DNA of 63,337 bases, filler included, from Stramenopiles sp. TOSAG23-6 (taxonomy: Eukaryota): assembly GCA_900128565.1 (NCBI GenBank). It is 13 parts of 13 records of this genome, joined end to end, with 100 filler letters (N's around TTAATTAATTAA, not from the genome) between each part and the next. Parts side by side here need not be neighbours in the genome. Positions count along the whole stretch, not along the records: positions 1 to 6,471 come from LT636690.1; positions 6,572 to 13,040 come from LT636691.1; 11 more parts are not named here. One strand, given 5' to 3'. The notes beneath the pieces were generated by a model. That model saw only the letters and a program-made list of their open reading frames with translations, did not search any database and was not told where the DNA came from. This document shows, piece after piece, positions 1 through 10,586 of this stretch. The position numbers were made by a program, and so were the translations under genes. Within the stretch, counting starts at the first letter, position 1. Every line of letters begins with the position of its first letter.

Positions 1-82
1 CTTTAATGGTGTATCATTTTCGATTTGACAAGATTGTATAAAATCTGATCTGTCCTCTTCCTGTCTTGTAAAAAATATTTCA

Positions 83-115
<33 letters not shown>

Positions 116-157
116 CGTTATATAGGTAATTTTCGTAGTTTTCGTAGTTTTTGTTTT

Positions 158-820
158 TCAATATATATGATTTTGTAACCTACATGGAGTGTTCAATGCA
201 ACAAGAGCTTCAGAATTTGCAGCTTTACCTATTTCAGCTGCTGTAGGTATTTTATACTCAAGTTTAAATGATTCCGATTGGTGTATTGGCGGTTTTACTT
301 GCGTTTTTGATATTTTTTTTTCTTCTTTTTTTTCCTCTTTCGCCGTTGTTACCTCTGGTAGTGGTTGTGCTGCTGCCTGTGCTGAGCCTTGTAGAGCTTG
401 AGCAACAGCTTCCTGAGCACGATCTGCAGCATTAGTAGCAGAATTACTTGCCAAACGAGCAACTTGGCTTGCATTTGTTGCTTCCAATCCAGTTGTTGGT
501 GACCCTTGTTGAGCTGACACTTTGTTGTCGTTGTTTTCACTTGGTTGGCTTGGATGAACAAGAAGATGATTCGCTACATTATTACCTTCGAAAGCGATGT
601 GTTCCCTGTGTTCCAGGGCTTTCAACAGTTGCCACGTCTTGTACAAGGTCTTGTAGTAAGATATTTCGGTTTGTTCAAGCTCTTTCGATACTTGTGGTTG
701 TAGTGATAATCGTTCACCGCGTCGTCGAAGAGACCCAATAGGGGGACGAGAACCAAATGAAACGCTGAATGACACCACCAGGAGTACCACTAATAACAAA
801 AGGGTAAAAACATGAGTCAT
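158..820 (-). CDS. Secreted or membrane-anchored hypothetical protein; 3' end uncertain because of a probable intron at about 61-183
   Basis: Hydrophobic N-terminus MTHVFTLLLLVVLLVVSFSVSFG and Ala/Gln-rich body; donor-like T|GTAGGTT at 183. Confidence 0.5.
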   Translation of the reverse strand: MTHVFTLLLLVVLLVVSFSVSFGSRPPIGSLRRRGERLSLQPQVSKELEQTEISYYKTLYKTWQLLKALEHREHIAFEGNNVANHLLVHPSQPSENNDNKVSAQQGSPTTGLEATNASQVARLASNSATNAADRAQEAVAQALQGSAQAAAQPLPEVTTAKEEKKEEKKISKTQVKPPIHQSESFKLEYKIPTAAEIGKAANSEALVALNTPCRLQNHIY

Positions 821-1037
821 TTTCAATACAATAGTAGTATACGACTGTCGAAATTGTACCAAAGATAAATATTTGAGTATATTGTAAACCCTTTAACCGT
901 CCAACGAAAACAAACACAACACAACTCTGTTGGCAATTGAGCGCAATTGAGCCGTTAAAACGTATGTGCAAAAAAAATTAGGTACGAAAATCTGTACCAA
1001 AAAATATATTTTTTTTATTATAACCGACGGATTGTAG

Positions 1038-1052
1038 AAACCCTAACCCTAA
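1038..1052. promoter_or_regulatory. Telo-box-like AAACCCTAACCCTA upstream of a gene start
   Basis: Exact 14-mer that recurs in other promoter regions of the window. Confidence 0.4.
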
Positions 1053-1110
1053 TTCTACCACGTATAATTTTTTTTTTAAATTTATTGGTTTATTTACATA
1101 GCGTTTATTA

Positions 1111-4100
1111 TTATTGTACTACAGAGACTATAAACTGTAATGTCGAATACGGCGGAATATCTACAAAATTTGCACCACTTTTTATCCTGGATTTGCCATA
1201 GGCTGCTTTGGATGGGCAGGTAATTTTTCTTTTCCCACCAATTTTCATACACTATAAAGAAAATATTTTTTTGAAATTTTTTTGATTGTTTTTGTTAGGT
1301 ACAAAATTTACTATGAAAAAAAAAAAAAAAAAAAAATTTTTCAAAATATATTTGATATTTTGTTAGGTAAAAAATTAAATTGATGATGAAAACGAACATT
1401 CCTTGAATTCCTATATCCCATCCTTTAATCACTTCACCACGACCTAAGCGAAAACTAAATGGCTTTTTTCCAGATTTGTCAAAGATTTTTCCATTTTCTA
1501 AACGGCCCATGAATTTTTGTATCATATTTTTTAGAAAAAAAAACTGTTAGGTACAAAATTTACTATGAAAAAAAAATTGAAAAAAAAATTGAAAAAAAAA
1601 TTGAAAAAAAAAAACGCACTCATAAGAAACTTTCACTTTTTTCCTATCAATTACTAATGGTCCTTTTCCTATAATGATGTCTTCTGTCATTACACCAAGA
1701 CTCAATTTTTTAGTATTTTTAGTATTTTTAGTATTTTTTGTATTTTTAATATTTTTAATATTTTTTGTATTTTTTGTATTTTTTGTATTTTTACATTGAA
1801 CTTCAATATCATCATCAACATCAGTATTAATTTCGTATTTATCATTCATACGAGATTCCGTACCTAATAATTCTTTTTCGCGTTCCATTTTCTTTCGTTC
1901 TCTTTGACGTCGTTTTTTTTCCTGCTTTTTTTTTCGTTTCAACGAGTCAATCATTTCACCACGTATAAACATAAATCCAATTTCTTTAAGCTCATTACGA
2001 ATTGAATCTGCAGTGATCCAATCTTGAATATCTCTTGCTTTTTGTCTCAAAAGACATAAACGCTTTGCTTCCTGAAGACGAGAGTTTGTATTGTCAACAT
2101 CTACATTTGTTTTTATATTTGTTTTTATATTTATGTTTCTTGATTCTTTCTGAATGGTTGTTGTTTCTTTAGTTGTTGTATTGATATCCTCAGACACATC
2201 AAAATTGTCTTGATTATCATTGTTTGATATAATTCCCATCCAACTGGGCAATGTAGAGACTGACTTTCTTGTTGTAGTTCTATTACATGCACTGTAGCGT
2301 TGTGCGTTTTGTTTTGCTTGTAGTCTTTCCATGGGGGACATGAGCTTCACTTTTTTCCTAGACACCAAACGTCTCACTTGTTTCCTCTTGTAATTATTTT
2401 CTAAATCTTCGTTTTCTGAAAAAAAATAAATCGTACATGCTTTACGAATAGCTTCGCGTTTTTTTTCTTGTTCTTCCATATGCAATAACTCCAACTCTCG
2501 TTGCTCTTCTGCAGCACATTCACTATAAGCAAGTGCAAGGTCAAGTTCTTCAGCATATCGTTGCTTTACAGCTTCTTTTTCTTTTGCTGCTTCATGAATT
2601 AATTCTTTATGCCAATCCCATTCTTTATTTCGATTCATTATTCGTTCTTCAAGAAGTCTTTTCTCAGTTTCATGAAGACATTTTTCANGTAATGCATCGA
2701 CTTTGCGTTCCTTAAGTCTTTGCTCTTCAAGTTGTTCTAACCACACACTATGCTGTTTTTTTGCCATATCCATTCTACGTTTGCGCAATTCATTTTCATC
2801 TTCTTCTGCTTTCTTTGCAGCAATTTTCAAACGCGAAAATTCTTCAGCTAATTCTAATTCAATATCCTGTTTTCTTTTTTGTGCTTTAACATCCGCTAAA
2901 GCCCACAACTTCTCTCTATTAATTTGTGTTTGTTGAGCGTTTAAATTATGTTGGTGAATAGTGTTGAGAAGTTCCAATTCTTTTTCTCGTAGATCTTGAC
3001 GCTCTTTTTTCATCATCTTTGCATTTTGCTCTGCCTGTTTTAGTCGAATTTCGATTTGTTTTAAAGATTCCTCAGATTTCTTTTGTTGTTTCTTCATATT
3101 CGATTCATGTTGGACAATAGATTGTTTGTGTATTTCAAGTGCAATCTCTTTTTCCTTTTGCCATGCTCGTTCTTCTTCCATTAAATCAGATTCTGCAGCT
3201 GCACAATTTATCTCACCTTGACGAATGAGTTCACATTGATTATCATGCCTACGCTGTTGGTCTCTAGCTTTAAACAATTCAAGTTCTTCAAATGCTTTCT
3301 GTGTTACCTTTTTTTCACGCTCTCGCGCGATTTCTCTTTTTCGCATATTCGATTTAGCTCGTTCTTTAGATTCTTCATGAGCCCTCGCTGCTTTTATCTC
3401 CTGAAGTTTTTGCATTTCCATCCATTCCGTATGCATCTCTTCCTCCCTTTTCTTCTCTTTTTGACGGAGTTTTTCCATTTCATTGTCCCATTTCAGTAAA
3501 CGCTTCTTTTCATTATCGTGAGCAATGACACTTGAACGTTGAAAGCATTCTTCTCGCTCTAAATAATACTTCTTCATCCTCTCCCGTCTGCGTCCACGTT
3601 CAGCCTCTACATCACGTTCACGACGACGTTCGGCGAGAGCTTCTTTTTCTAACTTTTCCATTTTAGTTGCATGTGCATGTCTTTTTCTATATTTTGTAGA
3701 AATATTTCAAAAAAAATTCAATTTTTTTTTTATAAATTTGTTAGGTACAAAATGTTTTTACCAAAAAAAAAAAAAATAAATTCGAAATTGAAAAACGTAC
3801 AATGATTCTTTTCTGTCCAATGCTATTTGTTTGAGTCGTTCTTTTCGAGCTTGACGTTCTCGGTTTGCTGAACTATTATGTATTATGAAAAAATATTTTT
3901 TCCATTCAAATATCTCGTTAGATTCAAAATGCTTTACAAAAAAACAAAAAACAAATAATTTTGAAAACGTACATTTTTGTATGCGACTTCAAGTTTTTTC
4001 TTGGCTTTTTCTAATTCAATTTCTCTGATTTCTTTCCTTCTCAAAAGTTGTTCTGAAAGTTTTGCTTTCCGTTCTTTAATTATGATTTTATTTCGTTTTA

Positions 4101-5421
4101 ATTTCATTTTTTTAATTTCAGATTTGATTTCACTGTACACTACATCATTCTCATTATCATGTTTTACTTTTATTTCTTTGGATTTTGAAAATTTTGAAAT
4201 GTTTTCTTCATTCTTTACTTTTGATATATTATTAGATGTTTTCGTAACTACCACAGTTTCTAAAGGACTTCGAGGAATTGGTGTCGTTGAAAGACTCTTT
4301 TTCATTACATGGGTAGGAGATTGTATTCCATAGGAAGCTGAGGGAGGTTCATTTGATGAAGTTTTATGTTGTGTATCACTCGAACTACCATTATATCGAC
4401 GCATATCATGACAATACCAAGACACAAAATCACATTTTCTCCGCCTTTCAGGATTATGAGCAAAGAGCGATGGCATTGAAGATACGTATGGTGGAGTTTC
4501 ACACGGATTTTTCTTTGTTTTTCCTATTTTTTTTCTGTTTTGTGTCACCGGAGAGCGAGAGCGTTGACGAAGGCATTTGACCCACTCTCGTTGTTGTTTT
4601 GCAAGTTGCGGCCTTTCTGAAATATGCCGTGGACTTCGCTTTGGTGAAAGTGAACGAGATTGTATTTTACAAGGTGATCTTGGCTGGGGTGTACTACAAA
4701 CATTAGTTTCTTCACTCCAAGTACTATTCGATTTTGGATCACTCATACAATTTTCTTCAAGATGTGAAATATGAAAACTATCGCAACTTTTACTACGAAT
4801 TCTTGGATGTTTTTTTCTATTCATTAGACTACTCCTTCCACGTTGCTTTTGTCGGACAGCAGCCATTTCTCTACGGTACCAACGTCGTTTCACTTGCTCT
4901 CGACTAAGTCTATATTGTTCTTCACATTTGTTTTGATTGCTCGAAATTCGTTGGCTTGAGTTCCATTCTGGTTTAGTTGTGTTATAATGTAGATGCATAT
5001 CATCCCAAGAATACTCATCATGAAGTTTGGATATTCTTGGGGCAAATATAATACTATTACTTTGTCCGACTAAAGCTAGGGAATCTTCGTCAAAATGATG
5101 GGCGTCGGCAACAGGGTGTACATCTTGAGTTATCACCTTATTAGAGTTTGATTTATTTCCGATCTCCTGAGATGATTCTGATACTGATACTTCACTTGTA
5201 TCTTGGTTTGGTAAGGGATCCACATCGGGTGTTGTGGTAAAAGATACGTCATCGGTAGTTGCTACAAACGTGCGAAGAACTTGTGGTTCTAAATTAACAA
5301 TGTGAGTTACTTCACCTTCGCTAAAGAAATCTTCATCGACTGCGTACTTAGCTTCACTCGAGGGTGACATTTTCCCACCTATATCAGACGAATTCTTCCC
5401 AGGCACACTCTCCGGCTCCAT
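1111..5421 (-). CDS. Multi-exon gene: disordered N-terminus, long coiled coil, CysRS-C-like helix and C-terminal FKBP-type PPIase domain (may be two genes joined near 2416-2436)
   Basis: Exons 5421-3973, 3877-3801, 3686-1620, 1508-1398, 1246-1111 join in frame. FKBP motifs [49 protein letters not shown] and IPPYSTLQF are restored only after intron removal. Confidence 0.75.
1247..1397 (-). other. Intron, GT-AT, 151 nt, two branch-like motifs
   Basis: gga at|GTTCGTTTTC...TAGTGTAT|g aaa restores FKBP QGMKIGGKR; the AG 5 nt upstream gives an immediate stop. Confidence 0.85.
1509..1619 (-). other. Intron, GT-AT, 111 nt
   Basis: tat ga|GTGCGTTTT...AAATTCAT|g ggc restores FKBP SYEGRLENG. Confidence 0.85.
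3687..3800 (-). other. Intron, GT-AG, 114 nt, same family
   Basis: tca tt|GTACGTTTTT...TACAAAATATAG|a aaa aga in frame; AG sits where siblings have AT. Confidence 0.8.
3878..3972 (-). other. Intron, GT-AT, 95 nt
   Basis: aaa aat|GTACGTTTTCA...CATAATACAT|aat agt tca continues the coiled-coil frame. Confidence 0.8.
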
Positions 5422-5710
5422 TATATACTAGGGCTAATCCCTTATAATGAAGCAAACACTTGCCTTCTTATTAGATATTATGAGATTGAGAGAGATTTGA
5501 GATAAATTATATAGATAGAATCTTCGTAGATATTTTTCATATTTTTCTTTTGAATTCAGAATTTTGGAAATCTGTAGCCGCGAATTTCGAATTTATTTCG
5601 CGTTTTTGGGTTCGGTAAAATTTAGAAATTTAACGGAGGAGCAAAATTAGCATCCTTCGGATAATAATATATGTGAATCCAGAAAATTTAAATTATTTGT
5701 GGACCAAAGA

Positions 5711-6418
5711 ATGCAGCTATTTATTGCATGCACCTTTGCTGTGGCAGCATGTGGTGTATCAAGCTATACAATAAAGCAACACTTGCAAAACTACACTCAA
5801 CCAAGGTATCAAATCTATATATGTCGTATTATCATGATGGTTCCAATATATTCTGTTCAAGCACTACTGTCAATGTTGATGCCTGCTTTATCACCTTTCT
5901 TAAATACGGTGAGGGATATTTACGAAGCATACGTAATATATATGTTCTTCACTCTACTAATTGCATATCTTGGGGGTGAAGATTGTCTTATAGACTATCT
6001 GGAATTAAAGTCTTACATGCGTCATCCTTCCCCGTTTAGAAAATGTTTCGATAACATTGTTCTTGGTCGTCATTTCCTCCAGAAAGTGAAAGAAGGAACT
6101 CTTCAGTTTGTGTGCGTACGTCCAATGACTGGTCTTTTAGCTTTTTTCTTACAATGGCTTGGTCTTTACTCCAAAGAAGACTGGTCGCTCACAAATGGTC
6201 ATTTTTGGCTGAGTTTAGTGAACAATATTTCTATATCACTTTCATTGTATTCTCTTGTACTTTTCTACCGAGCAACTGAAATTCGTTTAAAGCCTTTTCG
6301 ACCGTTGTCGAAATTTATTGTCATCAAATCCGTAGTATTTTTTTCATATTGGCAAGGACTCTTGTTATCTATTCTGGTACAATGTGGTTTTATAACCGAT
6401 GACACAATCTTGGATAGT
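5711..6418 (+). CDS. TMEM184 / organic solute transporter alpha family protein, 3' partial
   Basis: HLQNYTQPRYQIYICRIIMMVPIYS, RDIYEAYVIYMFF and KFIVIKSVVFFSYWQG motifs; donor GTATGT at 6419, then contig end. Confidence 0.9.
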
Positions 6419-6471
6419 GTATGTTTTATATGAATTTCTAATTTAATTTTTTTTTTCATACGAAATTTCGT

Positions 6472-6571
6472 NNNNNNNNNNNNNNNNNNNNNNNNNNNNN
6501 NNNNNNNNNNNNNNNTTAATTAATTAANNNNNNNNNNNNNNNNNNNNNNNNNNNNNNNNNNNNNNNNNNNN
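6472..6571. other. Artificial contig linker (N...TTAATTAATTAA...N), repeated at each contig join
   Basis: Identical 100-nt spacer with stops in all frames, also at about 13041, 19607, 26170, 32729, 39282, 45819, 52355, 58891, 60003, 61115 and 62226. Confidence 0.97.
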
Positions 6572-6626
6572 AGGTACAAAATTTCGTACGAAAAAAAATT
6601 CGAATTTGAAAAAGAATAAAACATAC

Positions 6627-7243
6627 ATACGTATAAAAACTTGGAGGAGAATCACAACCAACTTTAAGCATGGCATCTCTATGAATAAAAAGTTTCTTTT
6701 CCAACGAGTTTTCATGGATTATGAAAAAATATTTCAAAATTTTCTAAAAAAAAAATTGTTAGGTACAAAATTTTTTTACCAAAAAAAAAAAATATTTACA
6801 CAAAAAATTGAAATGAAAATTGTTAGGTACAAAATTTACTATGAAAAAAAAATAAATTCAAAATTGAAATGAAAACGTATAGCAATGTCTAAACCAATTA
6901 AGGAATTTAATGTGGAACATGTTCCTTCTTTTTTGTTGAAGCTTCGACGCGCGAAAGATTTTTTGGATGGATTATTTATTTCTACATCAAGTAAGGAATC
7001 AAATGCGGAACATTGTACGTCATAAGCAAATTTAGGTGTATCGAAGCTATCTCTAAGGGGATAAAAAGGTCTCAATGCGGAAACGGAAGAAAATTGAGAG
7101 TTACATTGAAAGTCAAATGTTGCCCTATGTACCGGTGTGTTCGGGCTCGATAATCCGTTACAAGGACTAGGGGAAAATATTTGAGCCTCCAAAGAGAAAA
7201 GAGGGCGAGTTATCGAAAGCGGCTCAATTTTCACTTCTTCCAT
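6627..7243 (-). CDS. Hypothetical protein, 3' partial (exons 7243-6881, 6713-6627)
   Basis: Two ORFs joined in frame by a family intron; next donor GTATGT at 6626. Confidence 0.55.
6714..6880 (-). other. Intron, AT-AT, 167 nt, duplicated branch core
   Basis: att gct|ATACGTTTTCA...TTCATAATCCAT|gaa aac tcg in frame. Confidence 0.7.
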
Positions 7244-7472
7244 CTTCTGTTGCTTTTTAAAAATTCTACAAGAATTCAGTGAAATATACTGAATAATATG
7301 GCGACACTTTGCTTAGCTCAAACATTCTTTGGATGTTTTTTTTGTAGGCTGAAATTCTTTTCGATACAAAAAAGTTTTATTATAAGACCAATCAAACATT
7401 TTTCCTACTTTACCTTCACAAGAATTCGATAACAGAAAGATAAAACCGCCGGCGGTTATATCATCAGCTGCC

Positions 7473-7486
7473 TAGGGTTAGGGTTT
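7473..7486. promoter_or_regulatory. Telo-box-like element in a divergent promoter
   Basis: TAGGGTTAGGGTTT between divergent genes. Confidence 0.45.
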
Positions 7487-7632
7487 CATCCCACGGTTAC
7501 AAATTACCATCTCAAATCTTTACGTACATAAATTTTATACTGGTCATTTCAAGTAATCGGATATCCAGTTTTAGCTATAATACTACATAATATCCTACTA
7601 CATTTTCTTTGATTACGTTTCTCCCAGGGGAA

Positions 7633-9455
7633 ATGAAATCTCGGGAAAATGAGGACGAGCTCCGCTTCTCTTTAGGAGAGAAATTATCTAGTCTTTTTCT
7701 TCCAGTTTCTCAGAAGCCACACACTTACCAGCAACAATATATGGACAAAGAAATGAGAAAAAAAAATGTTCACAATAGAATAAGAAATAGTTCTGAAGAA
7801 AATATGCCCACTATGTCTGGGAAAATGATGTATAAACAATTGAGTAGGGATGTTGAATATATTAGTCCTATCCAATCTATCAAACCAAAATATCAAATAG
7901 AAAAAAATAATGCTACAGAGACACTTTCTCAACCAATATTACATGATTCGCATGGTAGTGTCGAATTAACGACTAGCTCTACAACTGAAACAAAAGATGA
8001 GAATAATATGACTGAAACAAAATATGAAAATACTACAATCATGAATAATGAAGCTCAGAACCTTAAATCTTCAGAATGTATACATAAAGATGAGATACAA
8101 CGCCATTTACCTCCTAGACAAAAAAATGAAAAACTTATACGCAGTAGTACACACGAAAAAATGAAATTGAAGAAATATTCAGATTTATCTTTACAGTTTC
8201 AAAATTTAAATTCTCGTGTACACAATATTACTCTTGGATCTCCTTTAGCTGGTTGGGATGTCGTGGGAGATACAATTGAGGAGTATAATAATTGGAATGA
8301 TTTACCATATGTAGGAATTGGTGAACAACTATCAAGTATATATATGCAGAATATTACTCCTAACCCTAACCCTAATAAAGAATCAGAGACTGTACAAATG
8401 AGTAAAGATGTACATAAAAAAAATAAAAAAAAATACACTACAAATAATAATAAAAGTAAAGCCAAATTTAAAAGAAGTCTTAACCCTAACAATAAAACTA
8501 AACCAAAATGCACAAGAAAAATTAAAAGAAATATTAAAACAAAACCAAAAATTAAAAGAGACACTGTCAAGAAGAACAAAAGAACAAATTTTAGAACAAA
8601 ATATAAACCGATTTTACATCCAAATAATACACGAATAGAGAAAAAAAGTCAAATAAGTCATACACATAACTCGAATGATACAAATCCACAGAATAAATGT
8701 ATTACAATAAAAAATAACCCTAACACTGACATTGAAACGATAAATTCTAACAGAAGATCTAATATGACAAAAGTAGACATTGACATGTCTGCATCACCAT
8801 CGTCAAGACTAAGAGCAATATCAAAGAGAAAAGAAACATCACCTAGATTTAGTGGTGGTGGGGTCCGACCTTCAGCAGTTCACAAATGGGGATCTCATTC
8901 AGGTACACAAAAAGAAACAGTGAATATGTACGTTTTCATGATGAATTTAATTTTTTTGTTTTAAATTTTCGTACGAAATTCCGTGCCTAACAATTTTTTT
9001 TCTAAAATATTTTTTCACAATACATTTCGAATAGATTGAATATAAAAGAAAGATCAGTGCAAACAGCTAGAGGTCGAATTCGTTTTCATTCAGAAAATTC
9101 AAACATAGCAGGAATATCCGGTATAAAATCTCTGAGAAAAAGAAAGGCAAAAAAAGTAGAAATAGTAAAAAAGAGACCTCAAAGTGCTGTAGCTGTATTA
9201 TCAAATAATGCATCGAAAAATGATGCCAAACATCATTCTGATAGAAAAAGAGTAGCCATGTCCAAAAGATTAGATGAATCAATTTCAAGATGGAAAGAAA
9301 GATATATAAGAAGAAGACAAAACGATGGAAAAAGCACGAGTACAACTCCAGATTTTTCGAAAAATGTAGAAAATACGAAACGCGTACCAGTATCGAATCA
9401 TTTTATTGGATTTTCAGTGTTTTCAATTTCAGATCGACAAAAAAACAACCGTTAA
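7633..9455 (+). CDS. Lys/Asn-rich low-complexity hypothetical protein, 2 exons
   Basis: ORFs 7609-8964 and 9036-9455 joined in frame by intron 8928-9025. Confidence 0.6.
8928..9025 (+). other. Intron, GT-AT, 98 nt (an in-frame AG 9 nt downstream is an alternative)
   Basis: aat at|GTACGTTTTCA...CACAATACAT|t tcg. Confidence 0.7.
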
Positions 9456-9564
9456 AAACGACCGTTTGATAATATTTATTGATAACAAAGCACTCAAATT
9501 TCATTGACACAATCAATATTCATCAGAAATACAATAAAACACTCACTGAGTTAAAATGTCGTTT

Positions 9565-10293
9565 CTAGGGACCCATTTTTACCGGTTTCTCTACCTTTCT
9601 GTCCCCTCTTGTTTTTACTATACAATCGCTCATTTTGTATTCGTCTTTTTTACCATCATAGTGCAAACAAACCTCAATTTTATTAACATGATTTTCGTTT
9701 TTGAAAGATACATCAACAACCTCGGGAAATATGTCACATATATCTCCAAGTGTTTTTGCTTTAGAGAGCTTTTCATCCAAGCTAGGTATTTTGCGATGAA
9801 TAATCCATCGTACAAATAGTGCTTCCTTAAAATACTCATTTTGGTGATCAACGCAAGGCATACATTTCTTTCCACCATATGTTTTCCATTCATACTCCCA
9901 TCTATCCTCAGTTTGAGAAAGAGTAGATCCTTCGACTTTCCAATACTTGTCCATCTCTGTTCTAAGCTCTAAATGAATGTCCTCAATATCATATGATAAA
10001 GATGAATCTTTACATGTAAACCCATTTTTCCTATAACTACGAATGACTGTTCTTTTGCGAACTGGATCCCAAATAAAAACCATCTTATAATCACCGTTAG
10101 AATGACCTGCACAAAAATGTCGTTCAAGACCATCAGAACCTATCGATTTCATAGTTATAGCAAGTTCAAAAACAAGCGTAACCACAAGTACTACAAGTAC
10201 CACATTAATTACAACTTTCGCGTGTTGCCAAGATTTCTTACTGGATTCCTCGTCGGAGGTTCCTAGAAGTGGTTGCTCTGCTTCACTTTTCAT
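9565..10293 (-). CDS. RNase T2-like type II membrane protein, probably catalytically inactive
   Basis: N-terminal TM helix; LRTEMDKYW, RWEYEWKTYG, QNEYFKEAL and KIEVCL follow the RNase T2 pattern. Confidence 0.6.
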   Translation of the reverse strand: MKSEAEQPLLGTSDEESSKKSWQHAKVVINVVLVVLVVTLVFELAITMKSIGSDGLERHFCAGHSNGDYKMVFIWDPVRKRTVIRSYRKNGFTCKDSSLSYDIEDIHLELRTEMDKYWKVEGSTLSQTEDRWEYEWKTYGGKKCMPCVDHQNEYFKEALFVRWIIHRKIPSLDEKLSKAKTLGDICDIFPEVVDVSFKNENHVNKIEVCLHYDGKKDEYKMSDCIVKTRGDRKVEKPVKMGP

Positions 10294-10417
10294 AATTTTT
10301 CAGTTGTTTCTAAACATACTTTTCTTCTCTGTTGATTTCAGATTGCATTGATACCGTTATAATAATTTCAAATTTAACCGATTTAACAATAATAACGCAC
10401 AAATATTCCAAAAAAGA

Positions 10418-10431
10418 AAACCCTAACCCTA
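10418..10431. promoter_or_regulatory. Telo-box-like element in a divergent promoter
   Basis: AAACCCTAACCCTA between divergent genes. Confidence 0.45.
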
Positions 10432-10586
10432 CGTAACTGTAAATTTTGCGCGACACTACGACTGAAAAAGAGATTTAGTCAGAAACAATTTTGAAATTGT
10501 ATACACTTATAAAATATCTTGCGGAATCAGGATGTTTTTCAAATCGAAGCAGTACGACACTAGATAGCATTTTAATTTTCTCTAAA

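Noticed and set aside
61-183. GT-AG family intron at the window start
   Set aside because: The obvious donor and acceptor join to form TGA and the branch core is degenerate. It is unresolved and excluded from the counts.
6506-6517. TTAATTAATTAA as a biological repeat
   Set aside because: It is always centred in N runs, so it is an artificial linker.
7444-7457. GC-rich palindrome AACCGCCGGCGGTT in a divergent promoter
   Set aside because: Single occurrence with no supporting recurrence in the window.
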